Shown: one piece after another, positions 17,554-27,963 of the stretch
Layout: each line of letters begins with the position of its first letter
Numbering within the stretch: position 1 is the stretch's first letter
Assembly: GCA_016720805.1 (NCBI GenBank)
Contig: JADKJZ010000002.1
Location: 213,617 to 277,616, forward strand
Reading direction: 5' to 3'
DNA: 64,000 nucleotides
Source of the DNA: Gemmatimonadota bacterium
Lineage (GTDB): Bacteria; Gemmatimonadota; Gemmatimonadetes; Gemmatimonadales; GWC2-71-9
Notes under the pieces: generated by a model
What the model saw: the letters and a program-made list of their open reading frames with translations, nothing else
Databases searched by the model: none
Told to the model about the DNA's origin: nothing
Translations under genes and position numbers: made by a program

Positions 17554-18630
17554 ATGAACCAATCTTCCATCGACCTCCTCTCCCGCCTCCTCGACGCCCC
17601 CGGCCCCTCCGGCTTCGAGCGGGCCCCGGCCCGCCTCTGGCGCGAGGCCGCCGCCTTCGCCGATGACGTTCACGCCGATGTCGGCGGCAACTCGTTCGCC
17701 ACGGTGCACCCGGCGAGCGGGCCCTCCGGGGCGCTTCGGGTGATGTTTGCCGGGCACATCGACGAGATCGGCGTGATGCTCGTCCACGTGGACGAGCACG
17801 GCTTCTGTTACTTCGAGCCGATCGGGGGCTGGGATCCGCAGGTCTTCGTCGGGCAGCGCGTCGTCCTGCTGGGCCGCAACGGCGCCGTTCCCGGGGTGAT
17901 CGGCAAGCAGGCGATCCACCTCATGGATCAGGTCGACCGCGACAAGCTGTCGAAGCCGCACGACCTCTGGATCGACATCGGCGCCACGTCGCGGGCCGAG
18001 GCGCTGGCGCTCGTCGCGATCGGCGATGCCGGGGTGCTCGGCTCGACCGTCACGCATCTGCCGAACGGTCGGATCGTCTCCCGCTCGCTCGACAATCGCA
18101 TCGGAGCGTTCGTCGTCCTCGAGGCGCTGCGCCGACTCGCCGCCGATCGTCCCGCCCTGTCCGTGACCGCCGTAGCGACCACCCAGGAGGAGATCGCCTA
18201 CAGCGGCGGTGGGGCGCGCACCTCGGCCACCTCGTTGGCGGCCCATGCCGCCATCGTGGTCGATGTCACGCACGCGACCGACTCGCCAGGGATCGAAAAG
18301 AAGCGCCATGGCGAAGTGAAGCTCGGCGGTGGCCCGGTCCTCTCGCGTGGCGCCGCGGTGAATCCGGTGCTCTTCGACCTCTTGGTGGAGACGGCGACGG
18401 CAGAAGGAATTCCATTCACGGTGCAGGGCGCGGCGAGGTACACCGGCACCGATGCCGATGCCATCTTCACCGCGCGCGGCGGCGTGGCGACGGCCCTGGT
18501 GTCGGTGCCGCTGCGGTACATGCACTCACCCAACGAATTGGCGGCGTTGAGCGACATCGAACATGCCGCAGCGCTGTTGGCCGCCACGGCGCGTCGACTC
18601 GAGCACGCCACCGACCTCATCCCGCGCTAG
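17554..18630 (+). CDS. M42-family metallopeptidase (FrvX/YsdC-like aminopeptidase)
   Basis: ATG 17554 gives MNQSSIDLLSRLLDAPGPSGFE. GHIDEIG motif. Typical length of 358 aa. Confidence 0.85.
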   Translation: MNQSSIDLLSRLLDAPGPSGFERAPARLWREAAAFADDVHADVGGNSFATVHPASGPSGALRVMFAGHIDEIGVMLVHVDEHGFCYFEPIGGWDPQVFVGQRVVLLGRNGAVPGVIGKQAIHLMDQVDRDKLSKPHDLWIDIGATSRAEALALVAIGDAGVLGSTVTHLPNGRIVSRSLDNRIGAFVVLEALRRLAADRPALSVTAVATTQEEIAYSGGGARTSATSLAAHAAIVVDVTHATDSPGIEKKRHGEVKLGGGPVLSRGAAVNPVLFDLLVETATAEGIPFTVQGAARYTGTDADAIFTARGGVATALVSVPLRYMHSPNELAALSDIEHAAALLAATARRLEHATDLIPR

Positions 18631-18642
18631 CCGGAGCGCGCG

Positions 18643-19686
18643 TCAGGCCAAGGCGCGCCGGGCATCCGGGGTGTCGATGTGTTCGAGGGCCCGCCAGGCG
18701 GCGGTGCGCACCATTTCCTCGTGGTGTCTCAGCAATCGCGCGAGCGTCGGCACCGCCGTGACCATCATCCGACGGCCTGCTGCTTCGGCCACGTCCGACA
18801 CCACCTGCGGGTCGCTGCCCGTCAGTGCCGCCAGGATGGTTCCCTCGGCGTCCGGCATCTCCGCCAGTGCGGCGATGTAGGTACGTCGGGCGGCGCGGTG
18901 ATGGGCGTCGCGCATCACTTCGACAATGGCGTCCGCGGCTTCGGCCCCGAAGGTCGTCAGCGCCTTGGCAATCACGCCAGGGGACGTCGGCTCGGTGAGT
19001 CGACGCGCCATCGCCTCGAGCACGCGGGGCGGGGCCAGTCGACGCCGCTCCGCACGCACGCTCACGGCATCGACGGCCGAGACGTCAAGGTTCGACAATT
19101 CGAGCAATACCTCGGCCAGCGTTGCCTCGTCGTTGTCATCCGCTGCCGCCCGACCACGTTCGAGGATCGGGTCGAGGCGTGTCGACATCCCCGCGCGCTC
19201 GACATCGGTGGTCCCGAGGGTGAGCATCTCGCCACCACCCCACTCATCGGTCGGTATCAGGCGCGGGGCGACGCCCGCGACACCGCCCGGCGCGCGGGCG
19301 GCAGACATCGGTTGCACACTGGCGCCCGGGACAATGGCGAGCAGTGCGGCGACGAACGAGGCCGGGTCGGGGTATTGGACGGGCGCCCCGACGAGCAGTT
19401 CGACGAGATCCCGCCACCGCGATGACTCCACCTGGGGTGGAATGCTCAGGCCACCCAGGCGGAGTTTGGCCAGCGCCTCGACGACCTGGGGGACGCCCGG
19501 CGCATTCGAGGGAACCGGGATGCCATTGACCAGGAGACCATCGTCATTGACCGCGATGGCGACCGCCGAGCCCCCGACGGCGCGCGCCAGCAACGACACC
19601 GCGCGCGCGTAGCTGGCCGGATCCTTTCCGGAGGCACTCGCCTCATGCAACGACGAGGCGAGCAGGGCGATGAGTGGCACGGGCAT
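18643..19686 (-). CDS. HEAT-repeat protein, function unknown
   Basis: C-terminal HEAT-like repeats (ALTGSDPQVVSDVAEAAG, VPTLARLLRHHEEMVRTAAWRALEHI). Starts 9 nt after the ECF ATPase stop. Confidence 0.6.
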   Translation of the reverse strand: MPVPLIALLASSLHEASASGKDPASYARAVSLLARAVGGSAVAIAVNDDGLLVNGIPVPSNAPGVPQVVEALAKLRLGGLSIPPQVESSRWRDLVELLVGAPVQYPDPASFVAALLAIVPGASVQPMSAARAPGGVAGVAPRLIPTDEWGGGEMLTLGTTDVERAGMSTRLDPILERGRAAADDNDEATLAEVLLELSNLDVSAVDAVSVRAERRRLAPPRVLEAMARRLTEPTSPGVIAKALTTFGAEAADAIVEVMRDAHHRAARRTYIAALAEMPDAEGTILAALTGSDPQVVSDVAEAAGRRMMVTAVPTLARLLRHHEEMVRTAAWRALEHIDTPDARRALA

Positions 19687-19695
19687 TGGTGGAAT

Positions 19696-21357
19696 CTAGC
19701 GCGTTTGGCGGCGCGAAAGCGCGGCCGCGACCGCCAGCTGACGATCCGCCCCGGGCGGAAGGTCGAGGGCGAGGGCGGCGACCAGTGTGGCGGGAAGGTC
19801 ATGCCCACCGGCGGTGAGGATACTCCGGGTCGCCCCGTCGCGAACGATCTGCCCATCGCGCAACCAGAGGGCCCGGTCGAGTGCCTCGTGGGCGAAGGAG
19901 GCGTCGTGCGTGATTGCCACCACCGCCCGCCCGCGCGCCACTCGCGCTCGGACGACGCCCGCGACTCGGCTGCGGGACGCCCCGTCCAGCGCGGCGGTCG
20001 GCTCGTCGAGCAGCAGGAGTTCCGGGTCGGTCGCCAACACCGCGGCCAGTGCCACCAGGCGACGCCGTGGCACGGGCAGGTCATAGGGGTGTTCGTCGAT
20101 CACGTCGTCGAGCCCGAGCTCGGCGAGCACCGCAGCGACGGCCTCGTGAACGCGTGCGCTGCTCCACCCCGCGAGCCGGGGTCCGACCGCGCACTCGGCC
20201 CGCACCGACGCCGAGAAGAGTTGTCGTTCCGGTTGCTGAAAGAGGAATCCCACAGCGGGGGCCAGCTCTTCCGGGTGGCGGCCGCGCGTCTCGAGGCCGC
20301 GCACCGTCACGGTGCCGGAGGTCGGGTGGTCGAGTGCCATCGCCAGCCGCAACAGCGTCGACTTGCCGGCGCCGTTCGCGCCGAACACCCCGACCGCCTC
20401 GCCGGCGTGCACCGAGACCGAGACGCCGCGAAGCACCGCGGGGCCATCGCGATAGGCGAACTGCACATCGCGGCATTCGAGCAATGGTGTGCCGGCCGCG
20501 AGCGGCGCCGCGATCATCTCGACGACCCCGGTCCGTGCCGCGAGGCCAACGGCACCCAGCAACGGCGCAGCGAGGATCGGGCGCGGGGCCGGCATCTGCG
20601 CCGCGGCCGCCAGGGCGGCTGCCTCGGTCGTCGCCGCACCGGTGGCGAGGATCGCATCGCCCGCGAGTAACGGCGCCGGCGCACCGTCGAGTGCCACGGT
20701 GCCGTGTTGCAGCACCACCAAGCGATCGGCGATCTCGACGATCGTGTCGGCTTCGTCGCAGGCGATCACCACGGTGGCACCGCCCCGCGTCAGCCCGCGC
20801 AGCCACCGCTGCACGTGGGCACGGCTGGTCGCGTCGAGGGCGGAGAATGGCTCGTCGAGCAGCCAGAGCGTGGGTGACGTTGCAGCGAGCGCCGCGAGCA
20901 GCACGCGCTGCTGTTCGCCACCGGAGAGCGCACGAGGCGCCCGATCGGCGAGATGCCCGATGCCAAGCCGCTGCATCGCGTCGTCTGCGGCGGCGCGAAT
21001 CTGCTCCACCGGCCAGCCGAGATTCATCGGCCCCACGGCGATCTCGTCGCGCACCGTTGCGGCGATCCCGCTCAACTGCAAGGCGGGAGTCGGACCGAGA
21101 TACGCGATGCCGTGCGGGAGCGGGGCGAGCGTTGCGACGTCCCGACCGTCGAGCAACACCTCGCCGCGGCGTTCGCCACCGGTGAGACGCGGCGCGAGCC
21201 CGGCCATCGCCAGCAGGAGCGTGCTGGTGCCACTGCCGAGCGCGCCGGTGAGCCAGGTCACCGCGCCGGGCGCGACGTCGAGCGTCACGCCGTCGAGCGC
21301 CCAGTGTGATTGCGCCGGATAGCGAATGCGCAGTGCCCGCGTCGAGAGCGTGCTCAT
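19696..21357 (-). CDS. ecfA: ECF-type ABC transporter, duplicated ATPase (EcfA1-EcfA2 fusion)
   Basis: Two Walker A loops (GALGSGTST, GANGAGKST) and an LSGGEQQR signature. ATG 21357 forms an ATGA overlap with the ecfT stop. Confidence 0.85.
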   Translation of the reverse strand: MSTLSTRALRIRYPAQSHWALDGVTLDVAPGAVTWLTGALGSGTSTLLLAMAGLAPRLTGGERRGEVLLDGRDVATLAPLPHGIAYLGPTPALQLSGIAATVRDEIAVGPMNLGWPVEQIRAAADDAMQRLGIGHLADRAPRALSGGEQQRVLLAALAATSPTLWLLDEPFSALDATSRAHVQRWLRGLTRGGATVVIACDEADTIVEIADRLVVLQHGTVALDGAPAPLLAGDAILATGAATTEAAALAAAAQMPAPRPILAAPLLGAVGLAARTGVVEMIAAPLAAGTPLLECRDVQFAYRDGPAVLRGVSVSVHAGEAVGVFGANGAGKSTLLRLAMALDHPTSGTVTVRGLETRGRHPEELAPAVGFLFQQPERQLFSASVRAECAVGPRLAGWSSARVHEAVAAVLAELGLDDVIDEHPYDLPVPRRRLVALAAVLATDPELLLLDEPTAALDGASRSRVAGVVRARVARGRAVVAITHDASFAHEALDRALWLRDGQIVRDGATRSILTAGGHDLPATLVAALALDLPPGADRQLAVAAALSRRQTR

Positions 21358-22091
21358 CGCATCACGCGCCACCAGAGCGTCACCAGCACCACCGCGAGTG
21401 CGCTCCAGCGGACCAGCCGATCGAGGGCCCCGTCAGCGGGTGGATCCAGCGCCGTGCGGCGTCCCGGCGCGGTGAGTCCGCGGGTCTCGAGCGCGAGCGC
21501 CTGCTCGTCGGCCTCGGTCAGCGACGCCAGCAACAACGGGAACACCAGGGCGGGGATGGCGCGCGCGCGCGTCGCGATCGATCCGCGCACCTTGAGGCCG
21601 CGCGTCCGTTGCGCTTCACGCAGCCGGGTCGCCTGTTCGCCGAAGCGACTCATGGCGTCGAGCGTGGCGACGACCAGGAACGCCACGCTGAAGGGCCAGC
21701 GCCGTGCAATCGCCGCCTGCAGAAAGCGGTGCGGGTCGAAGGCGCGGGCAAAGGCGAGCGACGCGGTGACGATCGCGGCGAGTCGGCTCCCCTGCTCGAC
21801 GGCCCATGCCATGCCGGTCGCGGAGAGGGTCCCGCCCCACGGGGCGGCAATCCGCGGCCCCTCGCCCAGCACGCCATGCATCAGGAAGAGGAGGACCCAA
21901 AGCGGCGCGGCAAGCAGCATTCCGTGCCGCACGGCGCGCCCGACGCCGGTCAGGAGCGCGACGAGGCAGACGGCGGCGTAGAGCAGCGGCGGGCCATTTG
22001 GTGCCGGAACCAGCACCGCCAGCAGCACCATCGCCAGCGACACACTCCCGGCGGTGAAGGGGTGCGCCCGCGCGGCGAGGCCTCCGCTCAT
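21354..22091 (-). CDS. ecfT: ECF transporter transmembrane (T, CbiQ-like) component
   Basis: ATG 22091 (ATGA overlap with the S-component stop). 245 aa, multi-TM, with the EAQRTRG coupling-helix motif. Confidence 0.8.
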   Translation of the reverse strand: MSGGLAARAHPFTAGSVSLAMVLLAVLVPAPNGPPLLYAAVCLVALLTGVGRAVRHGMLLAAPLWVLLFLMHGVLGEGPRIAAPWGGTLSATGMAWAVEQGSRLAAIVTASLAFARAFDPHRFLQAAIARRWPFSVAFLVVATLDAMSRFGEQATRLREAQRTRGLKVRGSIATRARAIPALVFPLLLASLTEADEQALALETRGLTAPGRRTALDPPADGALDRLVRWSALAVVLVTLWWRVMR

Positions 22092-22657
22092 CGGCCGACC
22101 GCCTTGGCGCCGAGCGGGAAGCGGCCGAGAATCCGCCGCGGCAGGGCGCGCAACAGGGCGCCGACGACGAGGAAGGCGGCCGTCTTGTCGAGGACATCCG
22201 TCGAAAGGGAGGCGGCGGTGACCGCCACCGAGAGCGGCGCCCCCAGCGAGCGGAGCAGGGTGCTGACCGCCGTCACCCCGCCGGCCGTGACACCTCGAAA
22301 CAGCAGGTAGGAGATCACCGAGGAGGCCGCGCCGCAGGCCAGTCCGGTCCCGACACCCCAGAGGCCCGTCCGCCACGACCCTCGGAAACCGCCGCTCCGC
22401 GCCGCCGCCACGGCCAGCACGGCGACCAGCCACTGGAGCGGGGTGAACGCCATCCACTGGTACCCGGAGAGCATCCCCGAGAGCAGTTGGGAAATCGTTC
22501 CCACCAGTAGTCCGCCGGGGAGGCCAGCCAGGACCGCGACCAGCATCGTCCCGAGGGTATCGAGGTAGACCGGGAGCGAGAGCTCGTTCACGATCCGCCC
22601 GATGACCAGGTTGATGGCGACGGCGGCGGGGATCAGGGCGAAGAGGCGTGGTGACAC
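22088..22657 (-). CDS. ECF transporter substrate-capture (S) component, substrate unknown
   Basis: 189 aa, six hydrophobic segments. First gene of the S-T-A operon. Confidence 0.7.
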   Translation of the reverse strand: MSPRLFALIPAAVAINLVIGRIVNELSLPVYLDTLGTMLVAVLAGLPGGLLVGTISQLLSGMLSGYQWMAFTPLQWLVAVLAVAAARSGGFRGSWRTGLWGVGTGLACGAASSVISYLLFRGVTAGGVTAVSTLLRSLGAPLSVAVTAASLSTDVLDKTAAFLVVGALLRALPRRILGRFPLGAKAVGR

Positions 22658-22725
22658 GGCACCCGGCGTGGTCTGGGGGGAGTGGAGCCACTAGAATCTA
22701 GGGGTACCCTAACCTGGAACGCCCA

Positions 22726-23112
22726 ATGCGCATCCTGACCGCGCTTCTTGTCCTTGTGCTTGCTGCCTCCCCGCTGGTCGCCCAGCAGACGGTCGACCCG
22801 AAGAAGCCCGCCCCGGCGCCCGCCATGCCGACCACCGGCTACGGCGCCTGGTTCGGCTCGATCCCCGACATGGACAACTCCACGACCGGGATCTTCCTGA
22901 ACGGCGTCACCGCCGGATCGCCCGCCGAAAAGGCCGGGCTCAAGGCCGGGGACACGCTGCTCAAGATGGCCGGCAAGCCGACCATCGACCTGCAGTCGAT
23001 GACCGAGGTCCTCCGCGCCCACAAGCCGGGCGACACCATCACCGTCGTCTTCCAGCGCGAAGGCGCCGAGAAGTCGGTGGCGGTGATTCTCGGCGTGCGG
23101 CCCGGTTCGTGA
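22726..23112 (+). CDS. Secreted PDZ-domain protein
   Basis: Signal peptide. GIFLNGVTAGSPAEKAGLKAGDTLLKMAGKP is a classic PDZ core. Confidence 0.75.
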   Translation: MRILTALLVLVLAASPLVAQQTVDPKKPAPAPAMPTTGYGAWFGSIPDMDNSTTGIFLNGVTAGSPAEKAGLKAGDTLLKMAGKPTIDLQSMTEVLRAHKPGDTITVVFQREGAEKSVAVILGVRPGS

Positions 23113-23570
23113 GTCAGCCGGTGCTCGATGCCGATCGCGTCGTCACGCGACTGCGCTCGGCGTTCAACCACGCGGCCCCGCGGCAGGAGATGCTGACCCT
23201 CGCCGCGGAGCTGATCCAGGGGGCGGGCGCGCCGTACACCTCGGTGTACCTCTACATGCTGCACGGCAACGAGCTGGTGCTCGAGGCCTACAGTGGGCGC
23301 GACACCGAGCACGACCGCATCCCGGTCGGCAAGGGCGTCTGCGGCACCGCCGTTGCCACGGGGCAGGACCAGAATGTCGGCGACGTGCAGGGCCGCGAGA
23401 ACTACATCGCCTGCAATCTCTTCACGCGCTCGGAACTGGTCGTGTTGATCCGCCGCGGTACCCAGATCCTCGGCCAGATCGACGTCGACTCCGATGTCCT
23501 CGATCCATTCACCCCCGAGGAGGAGCGCGCCGTGCGGCAGGTGGCGGAGGCGCTCGCCGTCCTGCTGTGA
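23109..23570 (+). CDS. GAF-domain protein (free methionine-R-sulfoxide reductase-like)
   Basis: GKGVCGTAVATG..NYIACN..SELVVLI matches the fRMsr-type GAF signature. GTGA overlap with the preceding stop. Confidence 0.8.
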   Translation: MSQPVLDADRVVTRLRSAFNHAAPRQEMLTLAAELIQGAGAPYTSVYLYMLHGNELVLEAYSGRDTEHDRIPVGKGVCGTAVATGQDQNVGDVQGRENYIACNLFTRSELVVLIRRGTQILGQIDVDSDVLDPFTPEEERAVRQVAEALAVLL

Positions 23571-24406
23571 CGGAACGCACCATCACGCGCCACGTGCGCG
23601 GCGTCTCGCTCTTCGAGCGGCGCATCGGCGAAGGACCCGAGGTCGTCGTGCTGCACGGCGGCCCCGGTGCGCATCACGACTATCTCCTCCCCGGCATGGA
23701 TGCCCTCGCAACCCACCGCACGCTGGTCTACTACGACCAGCGCGGCGGTGGCCGCTCGCCGGTGGCGCGCGATGTTGCCGTCGGGTGGCGCGAGCAGGTC
23801 GCCGATCTCGAGGCACTGCGCGATGTCTGGGGGCTCGAGCAGCTGGATCTCCTCGGCTACTCGTGGGGCGCGCTGTTGGCCATGCTCTACGCGGTGACGC
23901 ATCCAACGCGCGTCGCCTCGCTCGCGCTGGTGTCACCGGCGCCGGCCGCCAAGCAGGAGCGCGCTGTCTACGAGGCGGCACTCGCCGCCCGCAATGCCAC
24001 GCCCGCGCTCCTCGCCGAGCGCAAGGCGCTGCAGGAGAGCGGGCTCCGCGCGCACGACATTCCGGCCTACAATCAACGCCTCTTTGAACTCGCCGTCGCC
24101 GGCTATTTCCACGATCCGTCGCGCGTCGGCGAGTTGACGCCGTTCCGCCTCACGGGTCGGACGCAGCAGGAAGTCTGGAACTCCCTCGGCGAAGACTTCG
24201 ACCTCCGCCCCGCGCTCCGCGAGCTCGACGTGAAGGCGATCGTCGTGCACGGTGACGACGATCCCATCCCGCTCGCGACCGCCGAGGCGACCGCGGCCGC
24301 CCTGCGCGCGCCCTGCATCGTGCTGCACGACTGCGGGCACGTGCCGTATGTCGAGGCACCCGCGGAGTTCCTCGCCGCGCTCGACCCGTTCCTGCCGCGC
24401 GCATGA
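23567..24406 (+). CDS. Alpha/beta hydrolase (proline iminopeptidase-like)
   Basis: HGGPG oxyanion region, nucleophile elbow GYSWGA, and C-terminal His in DCGHVPY. Confidence 0.8.
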   Translation: MTERTITRHVRGVSLFERRIGEGPEVVVLHGGPGAHHDYLLPGMDALATHRTLVYYDQRGGGRSPVARDVAVGWREQVADLEALRDVWGLEQLDLLGYSWGALLAMLYAVTHPTRVASLALVSPAPAAKQERAVYEAALAARNATPALLAERKALQESGLRAHDIPAYNQRLFELAVAGYFHDPSRVGELTPFRLTGRTQQEVWNSLGEDFDLRPALRELDVKAIVVHGDDDPIPLATAEATAAALRAPCIVLHDCGHVPYVEAPAEFLAALDPFLPRA

Positions 24407-25038
24407 GCGACCGTCCGCATCCGTTCACCCTCGTCTTCGGCGGGCTCGCGGCGGAGCACTTTCCCGCGGTGCGCGACGCCGTGGGCGATGCGCCGGATCT
24501 TGACCACTTCCTGCTGGCCGAGGCGGTGGTGGACCTGTTGCACGGGATGCGGCCGGACGAGGGCGTCGGCGAGGCGATGGATGACTTCGTCGCCTTCACG
24601 CACGCGGCCTACTGCTACTGGGCGGCCGGATGCGTGACGCGGCACGTCGACCAGGCCACGACGGAGCGCCTCTGCGCGCCGACGATGGCGATCGGCACGC
24701 CGCCGCAGACCACGCAGTACATTCAGATCGCCCCGCGGCTGGTCTGGGCCCAGTTGTCCGATGGCGAGCCGCACGAGCCGCTCGACGGCTGGTTTGTGCT
24801 CCCCGATGGCGACGGGCTCCGGATGGTGGCGTGCTTCGGCGTGCATCCCGAACGTCCCGGGCTGGCGGTGGTCGTGGTGCAAGGTGATGCCCCTGGGCCG
24901 ATGGCCCGCGAGGATGGCGTCGCGCTGTTTGCGCCGACGATGCCCGGCGGCGATACCGCAGGATTGCATTCGGTCGCGGCCCCTGAGGAGTTGATGCTGC
25001 TCGGGTGGCGCGCGGCCCGGATCGGAGAGGAGCGCTGA
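24403..25038 (+). CDS. Hypothetical protein
   Basis: 211-aa ORF. ATGA-coupled to the hydrolase and ends 1 nt before polX. No motif recognised. Confidence 0.5.
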   Translation: MSDRPHPFTLVFGGLAAEHFPAVRDAVGDAPDLDHFLLAEAVVDLLHGMRPDEGVGEAMDDFVAFTHAAYCYWAAGCVTRHVDQATTERLCAPTMAIGTPPQTTQYIQIAPRLVWAQLSDGEPHEPLDGWFVLPDGDGLRMVACFGVHPERPGLAVVVVQGDAPGPMAREDGVALFAPTMPGGDTAGLHSVAAPEELMLLGWRAARIGEER

Positions 25039-25039
25039 G

Positions 25040-26758
25040 ATGGCGGTGATGGATCGGACGGCAGTCGCGCGCGCGCTCGACCAGATCGCGGACTACCTCG
25101 AACTGAAGGGCGAGAACACCTTCCGCGTGCGCGCCTTCACCGCCGCCGCCAAGACGGTGGAGGGCTTCGCCGCACCACTCGAAGACGCCATCGCCGACGG
25201 CTCGCTTGCCGACGCGAAGGGCATCGGCCCTGCCATCCTGCAGACCATTACCGAACTGGTGCAGACCGGGCGTGCCGAGCTGCTCGAGGAGTTGCGGCGC
25301 GAGGTTCCGCCCGGGCTGGTCGAGATGCTGCAGCTCTCTGGCCTCGGCGTTTCCAAGGTGCGCGCCATCCACCAGACGCTGGGCATCAACACGCTGGCCG
25401 AGTTGGAAATTGCCGCGGGCGATGGTCGCCTCGCGGCGCTGCCACGGTTCGGCGAACGGACCGCGCAGAATGTCGCCAAGGGGATCGCCTTCCTGCGGCA
25501 GGCAAGTCAGTCGCGGCTGATCCACCATGCACACGACGAGGCCGAAGGGCTCGCCGAGGCGCTGAGCCGCGTGCCGCACGTCGTGGCGGTGCACATCGCC
25601 GGCGAAGTCCGCCGCCGGATGGAAACGGTGCGCGAGCTCGTCGTGGTGCTGGTCGCCGACGTCCCGCCGGAGGAGATCTTCCGTGCGTTGAGCGCCCTGC
25701 CGGGTGCCCGCGAAATCGCCGGGCAGGACGAGCGTCGTGCCACGCTGCGGCTCGCGGCCGGCACCGCGGTGCAGGTCATCGTGACCCCGCCGCAGAATCT
25801 CGGCGCCGTCCTCGTGCAGGCCACCGGCAGCGCGGAACACCTCGCCGCCCTCGCGGCCCATGCAACGTCGCGCGGCTTCACGCTCGCCGGCACCGCGCTC
25901 TGGCAGGGCAGTCGCTTCGTCCCGACGCCGAGCGAGGAGTCGCTCTATCACGCGCTCGGCCTGCCCTGGATTCCGCCCGAACTCCGCGAGGCCGGCACCG
26001 AGCTGACGGCACCGGTGCCCCGGCTGCTTGAGCGCAGCGACCTCCGCGGCTTCCTGCACTGCCACACCGTCTACTCCGATGGCAGCAACACGGTGGCGGA
26101 GATCGCGGCGGCCTGCCTGGCTGAGGGCTACGCCTACTGCGGCATCACCGACCACTCGCGCGCCGCGGCGTACGCCGGCGGGATGCAGCCGGATGACCTG
26201 CGTCGGCAGTGGGACGAGATCGATGCGGTCAACGCGGCGATGCCGGGGATCCGTGTCCTCAAGGGGATCGAGAGCGACATCCTCGCCGATGGGGCGCTCG
26301 ACTATCCCGACGACATCCTCGCCGGCTTCGACTTCATCATCGGCTCGGTGCACTCCCGCTTCACGCTCACGCGCGAGGAGATGACCGAGCGGATCTGTCG
26401 CGCCCTGACCTCGCCGTATCTCGCGATCCTCGGCCACCCCACGGGGCGGCTGCTGCTCGCGCGCGAGGCGTACCCGATCGACCTTGATCGCATCTTCGAG
26501 GTGGCCGCGGCCAATCAGGTGGCGATCGAGATCAACGCCGATCCGCACCGGCTCGATCTCGACTGGCGCGTGCTGCGCGCGGCGCGTGCCGCCGGCGTGA
26601 TGATCACCATCGGGAGCGATGCGCACACGGTGGCGGGACTCGCCAACGTGCGCTGGGGCGTCGGTGTGGCACGGAAGGGCGGCCTCGGCCGGGACGACAT
26701 CCTCAACTGTCGCGACGCCGACGGCTTCCTCCGCTTCGCGCGCGCTCGTCGCCCCTGA
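25040..26758 (+). CDS. polX: Family X DNA polymerase with C-terminal PHP domain
   Basis: N-terminal HhH motifs (GIGPAI, GLGVSKV). PHP motif [10 protein letters not shown] and later GSDAH. 572 aa. Confidence 0.85.
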   Translation: MAVMDRTAVARALDQIADYLELKGENTFRVRAFTAAAKTVEGFAAPLEDAIADGSLADAKGIGPAILQTITELVQTGRAELLEELRREVPPGLVEMLQLSGLGVSKVRAIHQTLGINTLAELEIAAGDGRLAALPRFGERTAQNVAKGIAFLRQASQSRLIHHAHDEAEGLAEALSRVPHVVAVHIAGEVRRRMETVRELVVVLVADVPPEEIFRALSALPGAREIAGQDERRATLRLAAGTAVQVIVTPPQNLGAVLVQATGSAEHLAALAAHATSRGFTLAGTALWQGSRFVPTPSEESLYHALGLPWIPPELREAGTELTAPVPRLLERSDLRGFLHCHTVYSDGSNTVAEIAAACLAEGYAYCGITDHSRAAAYAGGMQPDDLRRQWDEIDAVNAAMPGIRVLKGIESDILADGALDYPDDILAGFDFIIGSVHSRFTLTREEMTERICRALTSPYLAILGHPTGRLLLAREAYPIDLDRIFEVAAANQVAIEINADPHRLDLDWRVLRAARAAGVMITIGSDAHTVAGLANVRWGVGVARKGGLGRDDILNCRDADGFLRFARARRP

Positions 26759-27414
26759 TGGCGCGGGAGACCAGGGCCGCCAAGGCGAGCCGCGTACTGG
26801 AACTGCTCGCGCGGCTCAAGGCCGAGTATCCCGACGCGCACTGCGAACTCGACTACCGCAACGCCTTCGAGCTGCTCGCCGCCACGATCCTCTCGGCGCA
26901 GTGCACCGACGTGCGGGTCAACCTGGTCACGCCGGCGCTCTTTGCCCGCTACCCCGATGCGCACGCGCTCGCCGCCGCGAAGCAGGAAGACGTCGAGGAG
27001 CTGATCCGCTCCACCGGCTTCTTCCGCAACAAGGCGAAGTCGCTCATCGGGATGGCCCAGGGATTGGTGGCCGAGTTCGACGGCGAGGTGCCCCGGACCA
27101 TGGCCGAGCTGCGGCCGCTCCCCGGTGTCGGCCGGAAGACGGCGAACGTCGTCCTCGGCAACGCCTTCGGCCTCAGCGAGGGGATCACGGTGGACACCCA
27201 TGTCCTCCGTCTCTGCCGCCTGCTGGGCCTCTCCCGGGCCACCGATGCGGTCAAGTTGGAACAGGAGCTGATGCCGCTCATCCCTCGGGACGACTGGGCG
27301 CTGGTCTCGCACCTGCTGATCTGGCACGGGCGGCGGGTGTGCATTGCGAATCGACCCAAGTGTGGGGAGTGCGTGCTGAATGACCTGTGTCCGAGCCGGC
27401 AGGATGATGGATGA
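26758..27414 (+). CDS. nth: Endonuclease III
   Basis: HhH-GPD ([13 protein letters not shown]) and an Fe-S cluster loop [22 protein letters not shown] overlap with polX. Confidence 0.9.
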   Translation: MARETRAAKASRVLELLARLKAEYPDAHCELDYRNAFELLAATILSAQCTDVRVNLVTPALFARYPDAHALAAAKQEDVEELIRSTGFFRNKAKSLIGMAQGLVAEFDGEVPRTMAELRPLPGVGRKTANVVLGNAFGLSEGITVDTHVLRLCRLLGLSRATDAVKLEQELMPLIPRDDWALVSHLLIWHGRRVCIANRPKCGECVLNDLCPSRQDDG

Positions 27415-27478
27415 TGGATGATGGATCATGGATGATTGATCGGCATATTCATCATCTATCATCCATCATCCATCATCC
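27402..27478. repeat. Heptamer-array hairpin element, unit GGATGAT / ATCATCC (same family as 1065-1170)
   Basis: Left arm 27402-27443, including the nth stop codon. Right arm 27448-27478 with three perfect atcatcc units. Confidence 0.85.
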
Positions 27479-27513
27479 TATATTTGACGCTTCACCTTTT
27501 GAGGATCTCCACG

Positions 27514-27963
27514 ATGTCCAAGACTGCCACTCTCGTCACCGCCCGCGGCACCATCACGGCCGAGCTCTATCCAGAGGCCGCGCCGGGGACGGTCGAGAAT
27601 TTCGAGAAGCTTGCCAACAGCGAGTTCTATGATGGCGTGCGGTTCCACCGCGTCATCAACAACTTCGTGATTCAGGGTGGCGATCCGCTCTCGAAGGATC
27701 CGAACAACCCGCGCGTCGGCACCGGTGGCCCGGGCTGGACCATCAAGTGCGAGACCAAGGGCAACCCGCACAAGCACGCGGCCGGCTCGCTCTCGATGGC
27801 GCATGCCGGCAAGGATACGGGTGGCTCGCAGTTCTTCATCGCGCACTCGCCGCAGCCGCACCTCGATGGCATCCACACCGTCTTCGGGCAGGTGACCGAG
27901 GGGATGGACGTGGTCAATGCGATCAAGCAGGGCGATGTCATCACCTCGATCCGGGTGAGCTGA
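27514..27963 (+). CDS. Cyclophilin-type peptidyl-prolyl cis-trans isomerase
   Basis: gagga Shine-Dalgarno at 27501, ATG 27514. [15 protein letters not shown] and GGSQFFI motifs. Confidence 0.9.
   Translation: MSKTATLVTARGTITAELYPEAAPGTVENFEKLANSEFYDGVRFHRVINNFVIQGGDPLSKDPNNPRVGTGGPGWTIKCETKGNPHKHAAGSLSMAHAGKDTGGSQFFIAHSPQPHLDGIHTVFGQVTEGMDVVNAIKQGDVITSIRVS

Noticed and set aside
22658-22725. Vitamin riboswitch upstream of the ECF S component
   Set aside because: The leader is only 68 nt, is shared with a divergent gene, and lacks the conserved cores I know (for example the TPP ctgaga core or the cobalamin B12 box).
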